Source of the DNA: Actinomycetota bacterium
Lineage (GTDB): Bacteria > Actinomycetota > Thermoleophilia > UBA2241
Reading direction: 5' to 3'
Assembly: GCA_026392275.1 (NCBI GenBank)
Contig: JAPLCM010000114.1
Span: forward strand, 779 to 64,778
DNA: 64,000 nucleotides
The number at the start of each line of letters is the position of its first letter. The first letter of the stretch is position 1. Shown in pieces: positions 34,491-42,485 of this stretch. The translations under genes were made by a program, and so were the position numbers. The notes under the pieces were generated by a model. It was not told the origin of the DNA and did no database searches. It saw only the letters and a program-made list of their open reading frames with translations.

Positions 34491-35927
34491 ATGCTCTTCC
34501 CGACCATCACGTTCGCGGTCTTCTTCCTGGTCGTCTACGCGGCCAACTGGCCGCTCATGCCGCGCCTGCGTCTATGGAAGTGGTTCATCATCGCGGCCAG
34601 CTACGTGTTTTACGGCTGGTGGGACTGGCGCTTCGTCCTGCTGCTCGTGGCCGCCACCTTCGTGAACCAGGCGCTCGGCGTGCAGATCGCGCGCGCTCGC
34701 GGGCGCGCCGGCGGGCGGGCCGCCAAGCGCTGGCTTACGCTGTCGGTGGTCGCCAACCTCGCGGCGCTCGGCTACTTCAAGTACGTGGACTTCTTCGCCG
34801 TCAACCTCGACCACCTGCTCGGCAGTGTCGGCCTCGGCGCGCCGCTGCCGCTCCTGCGCATCCTGCTGCCGGTGGGCATCTCGTTCCTGGTGTTCCGCGT
34901 GCTCACCTACACCATCGACATCTATCGCGGGCAGCTGGCCCCGGCCTCGACTCTGGACTTCGGCGTGTACGTGGCCTTCTTCCCGTACCTGCTCGCGGGC
35001 CCCATTGCTCGCGCCCGCGACTTTCTGCCGCAGCTGCGCTCGCCGCGCGATCCGCACAACGTCGACGCCGGGCGCGCGTTCACGCTCATCCTCGGCGGCC
35101 TCGCCAAGAAGGTGCTGATCGCCGACTACCTGTCGACGCACATCGTCAACGGGGTGTTCATGTCGCCGCAGTCGTTCTCGTCCTGGGAGACCCTGTGGGG
35201 GATCCTCGCCTATTCGGTGCAGATCTACTGCGACTTCAGCGCCTACAGCGATATCGCCATCGGCATCTCCCTGCTCCTCGGTTTCGAGCTGCCCGAGAAC
35301 TTCAACGCGCCGTACACGGCGCGCTCCATCCAGGACTTCTGGCGCCGCTGGCACATCACGCTGTCCAGCTGGCTGCGCGACTACCTCTATATCCCGCTGG
35401 GCGGCAACCGCAAGGGCCGCGGCCGCACCTACGCGAACCTCATCGTCACGTTCCTCCTCGCCGGTCTGTGGCACGGCGCCGGCTGGACGTTCGTGTTCTG
35501 GGGTGGCATGCACGGCTTCGGCCTGGCGCTGGAGCGCGCCCGCGCCGACGCGCGCCATGCTCGGGGCCTGCCCGAGCCGGGCGCGACCGCCGGAGCGCGG
35601 GCGCTCCAGCGCCTCGCCGTGTTCGCCTTCGTCAGCGTGGCCTGGGTGTTCTTCCGCGCCGACTCGATGGGCGCCGCCTTCGCGGTGCTCTGGCAGCTCG
35701 TCGCCGGGCTGGGCAGCATCGGCTCGGCGGTCACCTGGCCGATCGTCGGCCTCGTCGCGCTCGGTATCGGCATCCAGTACGTGCCGCGGGGCCTCATCGA
35801 GCGCTTCGAGAGTGGCTTCTCGCGCATAGGCTGGGTGGGGCAGGGCGCGGTCCTCGCGCTCGCCCTTTTCCTCATCGACACGCTCGGCCCTCAGGGCGCG
35901 GCCGAGTTCCTCTACTTCAAGTTCTGA
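34491..35927 (+). CDS. MBOAT family O-acyltransferase, copy 2
   Basis: MLFPTITFAVFF..., DFWRRWHITLSSWLRDYLYIPLGGNRKG. It is clearly paralogous to 31865-33355. Confidence 0.9.
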   Translation: MLFPTITFAVFFLVVYAANWPLMPRLRLWKWFIIAASYVFYGWWDWRFVLLLVAATFVNQALGVQIARARGRAGGRAAKRWLTLSVVANLAALGYFKYVDFFAVNLDHLLGSVGLGAPLPLLRILLPVGISFLVFRVLTYTIDIYRGQLAPASTLDFGVYVAFFPYLLAGPIARARDFLPQLRSPRDPHNVDAGRAFTLILGGLAKKVLIADYLSTHIVNGVFMSPQSFSSWETLWGILAYSVQIYCDFSAYSDIAIGISLLLGFELPENFNAPYTARSIQDFWRRWHITLSSWLRDYLYIPLGGNRKGRGRTYANLIVTFLLAGLWHGAGWTFVFWGGMHGFGLALERARADARHARGLPEPGATAGARALQRLAVFAFVSVAWVFFRADSMGAAFAVLWQLVAGLGSIGSAVTWPIVGLVALGIGIQYVPRGLIERFESGFSRIGWVGQGAVLALALFLIDTLGPQGAAEFLYFKF

Positions 35928-35954
35928 TCGGCGACCGACGCAGGGCGATCGAGC

Positions 35955-37298
35955 ATGGCTGACGACCACAGATACGACGAAGGCTTCGAGAAGCTGCCGT
36001 TTGACGCCGCCGGCGACGACGACCTCTTCGTGTGGGACGGCCTGCGGCCGCCGCGTCGCGACGCCGGGCCTTCGCCGCGGCGCGCCCCGGCGGAGCCGGT
36101 CAGGTCGCGCGTCCCCGGCGAGACCCGACCGTCGCGAGACCCCGGCGCTCCGCCGCGTCACCGCGGCACGCAGGCGGCAGACGGCGAGGGCGCCGGTCGT
36201 GCGCGCCGCGCCGCGCCGCCTCGCGGCGCCGACGACGAATGGCAGGAGTGGCTCGACCCCGGCGAGGGAGCGCAGGCCGGCGCGCCCGCCGCCGGCGGCG
36301 GCCCCGGCGGCCCCTTCGGCCCCGACGCGCTCGGGCACGTGCCCGAGCGCGGCCGGCCGCGCCGCCGCCGACTGTCAGCCGGCGCTGTCCTCGCGGCCAT
36401 GCTCATCGGCTTCTTCGTCGCCGGGCTGCTCGATGCCAAGGCTATCGAGACCGAGGTGAAGGGTAAGCCTCTGGGCACCGCGCGCAGCGTCCAGCTCGCC
36501 CTGCTCAAGCCCATGGTCGTGCTCAGCGGTGCCCTGCAGCTCGACCGCCCGGCGGAGGCGCTCAATGCTGTGCTCGGGCGCGGCGAGACGAAGCACCACT
36601 CCATCGCCGAGGTCACGGACGAGGTCAAACCGAAGTGGCCGCGCACGATCACCCGCAAAGACAAGCTGCGTCTGTACATCATCGGCGATTCGATGGCCCA
36701 GGTCTTCGGCTCGTCGCTCGAGAACCTCGCCGAGGAGACCCGCTTCATCAAGGCCAAGCTCGACTATAAGGTGTCGAGCGGCCTGAGCCGCCCCGACTTC
36801 TTCGACTGGCCGCAGCGCATGATCGACCAGATCGTGGAGTTCGATCCCGATGCCACCGCCGTACTCTTCGGCGCCAACGACGGCCAGAACGTGATGTACA
36901 AGGGCAAAGTGCTGGAGGTGGGCAGCAAGGCGTGGCAGGAGGTCTACGCGACACGTGTGGGCAAGGCCATGGACATCCTGACCAAAGGCGGACGGCGGGC
37001 GTACTGGGTCGGCAACCCGATCATGCGCGAACCCGGGTATCGCGACCGTATCTCGATGATGGACAAGATCTACAAGGCCGAAGCCGAGAAGCACCCGGGC
37101 GTCTTCTACATCCCCACGTGGGCGCTGTTCACCAACGGGAAGGGTGCCTATGCGGAGTACCTGCCGGACGCGAACGGCGAGCCCGTGCTCATGCGCGCGT
37201 CCGACGGCATCCACCTCACGCGCGCCGGCGGCGACCGCATGGCGCAGGCCACGCTCGACGTCATCGAGAAGGACTGGGGCATACCGCAGCAGCCGTGA
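35955..37298 (+). CDS. membrane-anchored SGNH hydrolase, DUF459-like (copy C), with a long Arg/Pro/Ala-rich N-terminal region
   Basis: Block I IIGDSMAQ, block III FGANDGQ, block V SDGIHLT. TM anchor AVLAAMLIGFFVAGLL. Confidence 0.8.
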   Translation: MADDHRYDEGFEKLPFDAAGDDDLFVWDGLRPPRRDAGPSPRRAPAEPVRSRVPGETRPSRDPGAPPRHRGTQAADGEGAGRARRAAPPRGADDEWQEWLDPGEGAQAGAPAAGGGPGGPFGPDALGHVPERGRPRRRRLSAGAVLAAMLIGFFVAGLLDAKAIETEVKGKPLGTARSVQLALLKPMVVLSGALQLDRPAEALNAVLGRGETKHHSIAEVTDEVKPKWPRTITRKDKLRLYIIGDSMAQVFGSSLENLAEETRFIKAKLDYKVSSGLSRPDFFDWPQRMIDQIVEFDPDATAVLFGANDGQNVMYKGKVLEVGSKAWQEVYATRVGKAMDILTKGGRRAYWVGNPIMREPGYRDRISMMDKIYKAEAEKHPGVFYIPTWALFTNGKGAYAEYLPDANGEPVLMRASDGIHLTRAGGDRMAQATLDVIEKDWGIPQQP

Positions 37299-37316
37299 GG
37301 CCGCCGCAATGGTGCG

Positions 37317-38330
37317 TCAGGTGGGCGGCCGCCGTGCGCCCGGTTCGTCCACCCAGTCCTCGGTGACAAACAGCCAGAAGGCAAGGCCGGCGCAGGCGCC
37401 GTAGGCGCCGAAGCGCCTGCCGATCGCGCCGTCGGCGACCAGCGTTCCCGGCGGCTTGCCCATCAGTCGCGCGTACTTCGGCCGCGTCCACGAGTCCAGG
37501 ACCAGCCGCGAGTGGCGGCCCACCAGCATCATCACGTGCGCGGCAGCATACGGCCCCACGCCGGGGATCTCCAGGAGCCGGCGCTCGACTTCGTCATCGG
37601 GTAACGCCGCGGGTGACGCTGTGAGGAGCGGCTCCAGATCGAGCTCGCCGGCGGCCACGGCGAGCGCGAGGGCGCGGAGACGAGGGCCGCGGTAACCGGA
37701 CCTGGCGACCTCACGGTAGAAGCCTTCGTCCGCTTCAGCCATGCGCGTCGCCGTGGGAAAGGCGCGGCCTGCGGGGCTTCCGCCCGGCGCGCCGGGGGCG
37801 GGCTCGCCGAGGTGTTCGACGAGGGCGGCGACCATGCGCTCGGTCGCCGACCAGGAGCAGTTCGTGGTGCACACCGTCTTGACGACGTCCTCGAACACCG
37901 TGGGGCTGCGCAGCATCCGGCCCGCGCCGGCGCACACCCACGCGAGGTCGGGGTCGGCGGCGGCCTGCGCGTAGAAGGCGCTGAGATCGTCGTCGAGGCA
38001 GAGCACGCGCCGCGAGGCCGCCGCGAGCGCCGCCGCCTCGGCGGCGGCGGGCGGCGGGCCGGTGTCGGCCACAGACAGCAGCGCCACAGCCGGGCCGTCG
38101 CGTCCGCGCCGCGCCGCGCCACGCGGGGCCCCCTCACGCTCCGCCCTTCCGCCCGAGATCCTGACCGTCCTCGGGCCGCTCGCAGCCGGGAGCGTGACGG
38201 TCAGCGCGCGACCGTCCTCGTCGAGGGTGGCTGGGGGCAACGCGGCGACGCCGTGCGACAGCAGGGTGCGGCGCAGGTCCACCGGCTCGCCGGCGGGGCC
38301 GTGCAGCATGAGCTCGGCGAAGGACCTCAT
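37317..38330 (-). CDS. AlkA-like DNA-3-methyladenine glycosylase II (HhH-GPD family)
   Basis: Helix-hairpin-helix LLEIPGVGPYAAAHVMML followed by LVLDSW. An N-terminal AlkA-type domain is present. Confidence 0.75.
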   Translation of the reverse strand: MRSFAELMLHGPAGEPVDLRRTLLSHGVAALPPATLDEDGRALTVTLPAASGPRTVRISGGRAEREGAPRGAARRGRDGPAVALLSVADTGPPPAAAEAAALAAASRRVLCLDDDLSAFYAQAAADPDLAWVCAGAGRMLRSPTVFEDVVKTVCTTNCSWSATERMVAALVEHLGEPAPGAPGGSPAGRAFPTATRMAEADEGFYREVARSGYRGPRLRALALAVAAGELDLEPLLTASPAALPDDEVERRLLEIPGVGPYAAAHVMMLVGRHSRLVLDSWTRPKYARLMGKPPGTLVADGAIGRRFGAYGACAGLAFWLFVTEDWVDEPGARRPPT

Positions 38331-38490
38331 GGGGCGTCAGGGTTCAGCTGGTCACGATCCTAGGCCGCCGTGACGGGGCTCGCGTCGAGGAGGCCAGAGG
38401 CGACGACGAAGAGCGGCGCTGAGCGGAGCATCTCCAAACCGGGGGGACGGCCAGCATGCCCTGAGGCTATCACGAGGGGTGGTAGGCTTT

Positions 38491-38520
38491 GGCGGCGGCG
38501 GCGCCGCCGCCGCCGCCGCC
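38491..38520. repeat. (GGC)4(GCC)6 triplet tract forming a 24-nt perfect palindrome
   Basis: Direct reading: GGCGGCGGCGGC|GCCGCCGCCGCC, then GCCGCC. It ends 6 nt before ATG 38527. Confidence 0.9.
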
Positions 38521-38526
38521 CAATGT

Positions 38527-38886
38527 ATGTGCCCGCCCGCCGACATCCCGCAGAGCGACGCCGCCCTCCTCGCCGAGTGCGAGGTGGACACCTTCCGCGC
38601 CGGCGGCCCCGGCGGCCAGCACCAGAACGTCACCGACAGCGCGGTGCGTCTGCGCCACAGGCCCACGGGTCTCACTGTGACGTGCCGGGCGCAGCGCAGC
38701 CAGTACCTCAACAAGATGGACGCGCTTCGCCGCCTGCGGCTCAAGCTCGTGAAGTTCTACGCGCCGCCACCACCGCCGCGCAGGCCCACCAGGCCCTCGC
38801 GGGCGGCGAAGGAGCGGCGTCTCGCCGCCAAGAAGGGTCGCGCCGGCGTCAAGCGTCTGCGGCGGCCCCCGGCCGGCGACGACTGA
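38527..38886 (+). CDS. ArfB-like peptidyl-tRNA hydrolase (class-I release factor GGQ domain)
   Basis: [25 protein letters not shown] motif plus the basic C-terminal tail [29 protein letters not shown]. The start is uncertain (GTG 38479 would translate the triplet tract as G4A6). Confidence 0.8.
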   Translation: MCPPADIPQSDAALLAECEVDTFRAGGPGGQHQNVTDSAVRLRHRPTGLTVTCRAQRSQYLNKMDALRRLRLKLVKFYAPPPPPRRPTRPSRAAKERRLAAKKGRAGVKRLRRPPAGDD

Positions 38887-38923
38887 GGCGGCGGCCACGG
38901 ACGTCCTCGCGGCGCTTCTGGCG

Positions 38924-39709
38924 GTGGCCTTCGTGGCGGGGGTCTTCGGCAGCATGCTCGGGGTGGGCGGCGGCGTCATCATGGTGCCCATGCTGAGCCT
39001 GGCCTTCGGCGTGCCCATCAAGGTCGCCATCGCCACGAGCATCGTCTGCGTGATCGCGACCTCGTCGATGGCCCAGACCACCTTCGTGAGCCGGGGGATG
39101 ACGAACGTCCGCCTGGGGATGCTGCTCGAGGTCGCGACGTCCGTGGGAGCCGTGGCCGGAGGCGTCACGGCGGTGCTCATCGACGGCCGCGTGCTGCAAT
39201 TCGGCTTTGCCGCGGTCCTCGTGTACGTCGCGTGGCAGATGAACCGCCGCGGCGACGACGTGACACCGGTGCGGACCGGCGTACTCGAGGCGGCCTACTA
39301 CGATCCGGCCGCCCGGCGCGACGTCGAGTACGGCGTGCGGCGCCCGCGCCTCGGCTTCGCGCTCAGCCTCGGTGCCGGCAACGTCTCGGGGCTTCTGGGG
39401 GTGGGAGGCGGGGCCTTCAAGGTGCCGATCATGAACCTGCTGATGGGGGTCCCACTCAAGGCGACCATCGCCACCAGCAACCTGATGATCGGGGTCACGG
39501 CGGCCGCCGGCGCGGCCATCTTCTATGGGCGCGGCTACATGGATCCGTACTACGCGGTGCCGGCCGCGCTCGGCATCCTTGCCGGCGCCCGCCTGGGGCC
39601 GCGCCTGGCCGTGCGTCTGTCGGCGCGGGCGCTCGGCCTCGTCTTCCAGGTGCTTCTCGTGGTGTTTGCAGCGCTGATGCTCCTCCGGGGCCTCGGGGTC
39701 GGGCTGTGA
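38924..39709 (+). CDS. TauE/SafE family sulfite/anion exporter
   Basis: GSMLGVGGGVIMVPMLS, with the repeat SGLLGVGGGAFKVPIMN in the second half. Confidence 0.85.
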   Translation: MAFVAGVFGSMLGVGGGVIMVPMLSLAFGVPIKVAIATSIVCVIATSSMAQTTFVSRGMTNVRLGMLLEVATSVGAVAGGVTAVLIDGRVLQFGFAAVLVYVAWQMNRRGDDVTPVRTGVLEAAYYDPAARRDVEYGVRRPRLGFALSLGAGNVSGLLGVGGGAFKVPIMNLLMGVPLKATIATSNLMIGVTAAAGAAIFYGRGYMDPYYAVPAALGILAGARLGPRLAVRLSARALGLVFQVLLVVFAALMLLRGLGVGL

Positions 39710-40083
39710 GCGTCGGGATGGGGCGGGTCTCGCCGGTTCACGCGCACGTCCTTGAGCCGGTGGAGCGGGTCATCCGCGCGATCCTGCTGTGCGGCATCGC
39801 GGTCAGCGTCGCGCTCATGGCGGCAGGACTTGTCCTTGGGGTCGCCCGGGGGGCCGGCCTGCCTCACAGCGTCGTGTCGCTGGCGGAGCTCCCTCGCGCG
39901 CTGGTCGCGCTGCGGCCGGCGGCTTACCTCTCGCTGGGTCTCATCGTGCTCATCGGTACGCCGTTCGTGCGCGTCGCGGGCTCGCTCGTTGTCTTTGCCA
40001 GGGAGCGCGACGGGCGTTATGTGCTGGTGACCGCGGTCGTGCTTTTCGTGATGTGCCTCGGCGTGGTGCTCGGCAAGTTCTGA
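39706..40083 (+). CDS. DUF1634-like small membrane protein (usual TauE partner)
   Basis: GTG overlaps the TauE stop. Three TM helices, and LIGTPFVRVAGSLVVF is typical of DUF1634. An alternative ATG lies at 39718. Confidence 0.65.
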   Translation: MSVGMGRVSPVHAHVLEPVERVIRAILLCGIAVSVALMAAGLVLGVARGAGLPHSVVSLAELPRALVALRPAAYLSLGLIVLIGTPFVRVAGSLVVFARERDGRYVLVTAVVLFVMCLGVVLGKF

Positions 40084-40111
40084 ACCGCGGCCCGCCGCAC
40101 CCGCCGGGAAG

Positions 40112-41371
40112 CTAGAAGGCGCAGGACGGGCCGCTGTCGATGCCGCGCAGCGCGGCGGCGGCCCTGCGCCCCGAAACCATCGCCCCCTGGATCGAGGCCG
40201 TGTCGCGGTGGTCGCCGCACACGAAGAGCCCATCGCGCACGCGCACGGGTCGCTGAGGCGCAGCCAGGACCGCGGGCGGCTGCGCGGGCAGCGCGAACGG
40301 GATGCGGTAGACGGCCAGCCTCCGCCAGCCGTCCACCTGGACGCCGAACCAGCCGCGCAGCTGCTCGCGGACTGCGCCCTCGAGGCCGTCGTCGTCAAGC
40401 GCCGGGATGCCGAGGATGGTGGCCGAGACCAGCGCCGCTCCGGTCGGTGCGTAGCTCGGCGCCACGTCGCTGGGCACGCACAGATCGTTCACCGGGCCGC
40501 GGCCCTCGCCGTCGAGGACGAGGATAGGCTCGCCGAGCGGCGAGCGCTCCGCGGCGAAGTAGATGCAGGTCGTCGCCCGGCCGACCGGCGCCTCCAAGGC
40601 GCCGGTGAGCCGGGCCGCCTCCGGCCCGTCGGCCGCGACGACCACCGCGCCGGCCACGAGGCGCTCGCCGCCGGCGAGCGTCACACCGGCGCGGTCGACC
40701 GACTCGACCGTGGCGCCGAGGCGGACGGCCGCCTCCGGCAGGCTCTCGGCCAGCTGGCGCGGGAGCGCCTGCATGCCGGCGGCCGGTAGCGCTGCCTCGC
40801 CGTCTGCGAAGAGCTTGAACACATAGGCGAAGAGCCGGCTCGAGGTGTCCAGCTCGGGGTCGAGGAAGATGCCGCCGAGGTAGGGCCGAAAGAAGCCATC
40901 CACCATGGCCCGCGAGAACCCCTCGAGGCGCAGCGCCTCCGCGGTGGTCACCTGCGGCGCCTCCAGCACCTCGTTCAGGGAGACGCGCGACAGACGCCTG
41001 CGCAGGCGCGCGACGCGCAGCTTGTCGAGGAGGCTTCCCGGCCCCGCCCGCAGGTTGCGCGCGGCGTCGAGCGGGTGCCGCAGCGGGTCGGCCACCCGCG
41101 CGAAGCCGCCGTGATGACGGATCAGCGCGCCGGCGTAGAACGGCCGCAGGCCCAGACGCTCGTAGTCGAGCGCGCGGCGCGCCTCGGGGTACGCGGTCAG
41201 CAACACCTGGAAGCCACGGTCAAGAAGAAAGCCGTCCACCTCGTCGGTGCGCAGGCGTCCGCCAGGAGCGTCGCCTCTCTCGAGGACCAGGACGTCGAGA
41301 CCGTGGTCCGCCAGCTCGCGGGCGCAGCACAGCCCGGCCAGTCCGGCGCCGACGACGAGGACGTCGCTCAC
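40112..41371 (-). CDS. NAD(P)/FAD-dependent oxidoreductase (amine-oxidase / phytoene-desaturase-like)
   Basis: VLVVGAGLAGLCCARELADHGLDVLVLERGDAPGGR dinucleotide-binding fold. C-terminal GLFVCGD. Confidence 0.85.
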   Translation of the reverse strand: MSDVLVVGAGLAGLCCARELADHGLDVLVLERGDAPGGRLRTDEVDGFLLDRGFQVLLTAYPEARRALDYERLGLRPFYAGALIRHHGGFARVADPLRHPLDAARNLRAGPGSLLDKLRVARLRRRLSRVSLNEVLEAPQVTTAEALRLEGFSRAMVDGFFRPYLGGIFLDPELDTSSRLFAYVFKLFADGEAALPAAGMQALPRQLAESLPEAAVRLGATVESVDRAGVTLAGGERLVAGAVVVAADGPEAARLTGALEAPVGRATTCIYFAAERSPLGEPILVLDGEGRGPVNDLCVPSDVAPSYAPTGAALVSATILGIPALDDDGLEGAVREQLRGWFGVQVDGWRRLAVYRIPFALPAQPPAVLAAPQRPVRVRDGLFVCGDHRDTASIQGAMVSGRRAAAALRGIDSGPSCAF

Positions 41372-41880
41372 CCGCAGTCGCCGTCGCCGTCGGGCGGCAC
41401 GACAGGTCTCGTGGCGCCCGGCAGCAGGCGCTCCCAGTAGTCCGCGAGCCGGGCCAGGTCGTCGCCGGTGAAGTGCCTGAGAAAGAGGCGTCGCACGCCG
41501 GCGAGATGGGTCGTCCGCGCTTCCCCGAACTTCATCTCGCCGCGTGCGGTGAGCACCGCCCAGTAGCCGCGCCCGTCTGCCGAGCAGCGCTCGCGACGCA
41601 CGAGGCCTTCTCGCTCCAGGCGGTCGACCAGCCGGCTCACGCCACTCGCGCTGAGCAGTGCGCAGCGGGAAAGGTCACTCATGCGCAGGCGCCGCCGGGG
41701 CGCTTCCTGGAGGTGGAGAAGGACCTCGTAGGACCGCAGTGCCAGGCCGTGAGCAGCCGTGAGCTCCGCGTCCATGTCGTGGAGCAGAGAACCCTGCGCG
41801 CGCAGCATACCGCGCCACGCCGCCAATTCAGCTGGTCCGAGGCCGTCAGCTGTCTCGTGCATCGCCGCCACGCGTCTCAC
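41368..41880 (-). CDS. MarR family transcriptional regulator
   Basis: YEVLLHLQEAPRRRLRMSDLSRCALLSASGVSRLVDRLEREGLVRRERCSADGRGYWAVLT winged-HTH. There is a 4-bp overlap with the downstream oxidoreductase. Confidence 0.85.
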   Translation of the reverse strand: MRRVAAMHETADGLGPAELAAWRGMLRAQGSLLHDMDAELTAAHGLALRSYEVLLHLQEAPRRRLRMSDLSRCALLSASGVSRLVDRLEREGLVRRERCSADGRGYWAVLTARGEMKFGEARTTHLAGVRRLFLRHFTGDDLARLADYWERLLPGATRPVVPPDGDGDCG

Positions 41881-42172
41881 TTCCTCGAGTGGTCACGCAG
41901 AGTATACCCACCCGCCGGTCGGCGCGGTCGGATGGCGTCTCGGAGCGCAGCCATCTGGACGTGCTCTGGCGTGCGGTGGCGCCCAACGGGTATCCGAGGA
42001 GCCCGCGAGGCGCCGGGTCCTCATCGGCCGCGGCTGCTCCGAACATGGCCCGAAGGTCAAGGGGCAATATGGGCAGGCGCAGGTTCTCTGGCGGCAAATC
42101 TGAAGTTGGGGACAAGTACCGGCCCGTACGCAGTTCATCAGGACGTTCAGCGGATGGGGCGTTGACCAACCG

Positions 42173-42202
42173 CACGTCCGTCTCCTACACTGACGTGTAC
42201 CT
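42173..42202 (+). promoter_or_regulatory. sigma70-like promoter candidate
   Basis: TTGACC (42173-42178), 18 nt, TACACT (42197-42202), in a locally lower-GC stretch upstream of the signal-peptide ORF and DUF885. Confidence 0.4.
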
Positions 42203-42342
42203 GCCGGCTTGGAGGGCATGTGGGCGCTCGCGCCCGCCGGGCCGACTCGGGTCGGTCGGCGGGCGCAACGACCGCTGAGTCGAGGAGCCGGCGGCGTGAC
42301 ACGGAGCCGGGCGGATCGCAGACACCGACGGGGGGGTTCACG

Positions 42343-42438
42343 ATGGGTGACCACGGCGGGCGCCGCGGGCGCGACAGGATCGGCCTTCTCGCGTTCGCGG
42401 CCATCACGGCCTGCGGACTGATCTGGGGCGAGGAGTAG
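42343..42438 (+). other. detached Tat/lipoprotein-type signal peptide ORF (31 aa)
   Basis: MGDHGGRRGRDRIGLLAFAAITACGLIWGEE*. It has a GGGGGG SD, an RR n-region, a hydrophobic core and an ITAC lipobox. It stops 48 nt before the DUF885 body, which continues in the -1 frame. Confidence 0.55.
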
Positions 42439-42485
42439 GCCTGAGTCACGGAAGCGGCAGTACCGCGGAGCCGGCCATCCAGGCG

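Noticed and set aside
42220-42342. The longer version of the signal-peptide ORF, starting at 42220 (MGARARRADSGRS...).
   Set aside because: The upstream 41 codons are Arg/Ser/Gly-rich and shadow-like. ATG 42343 has its own G-rich SD and gives a canonical signal peptide.
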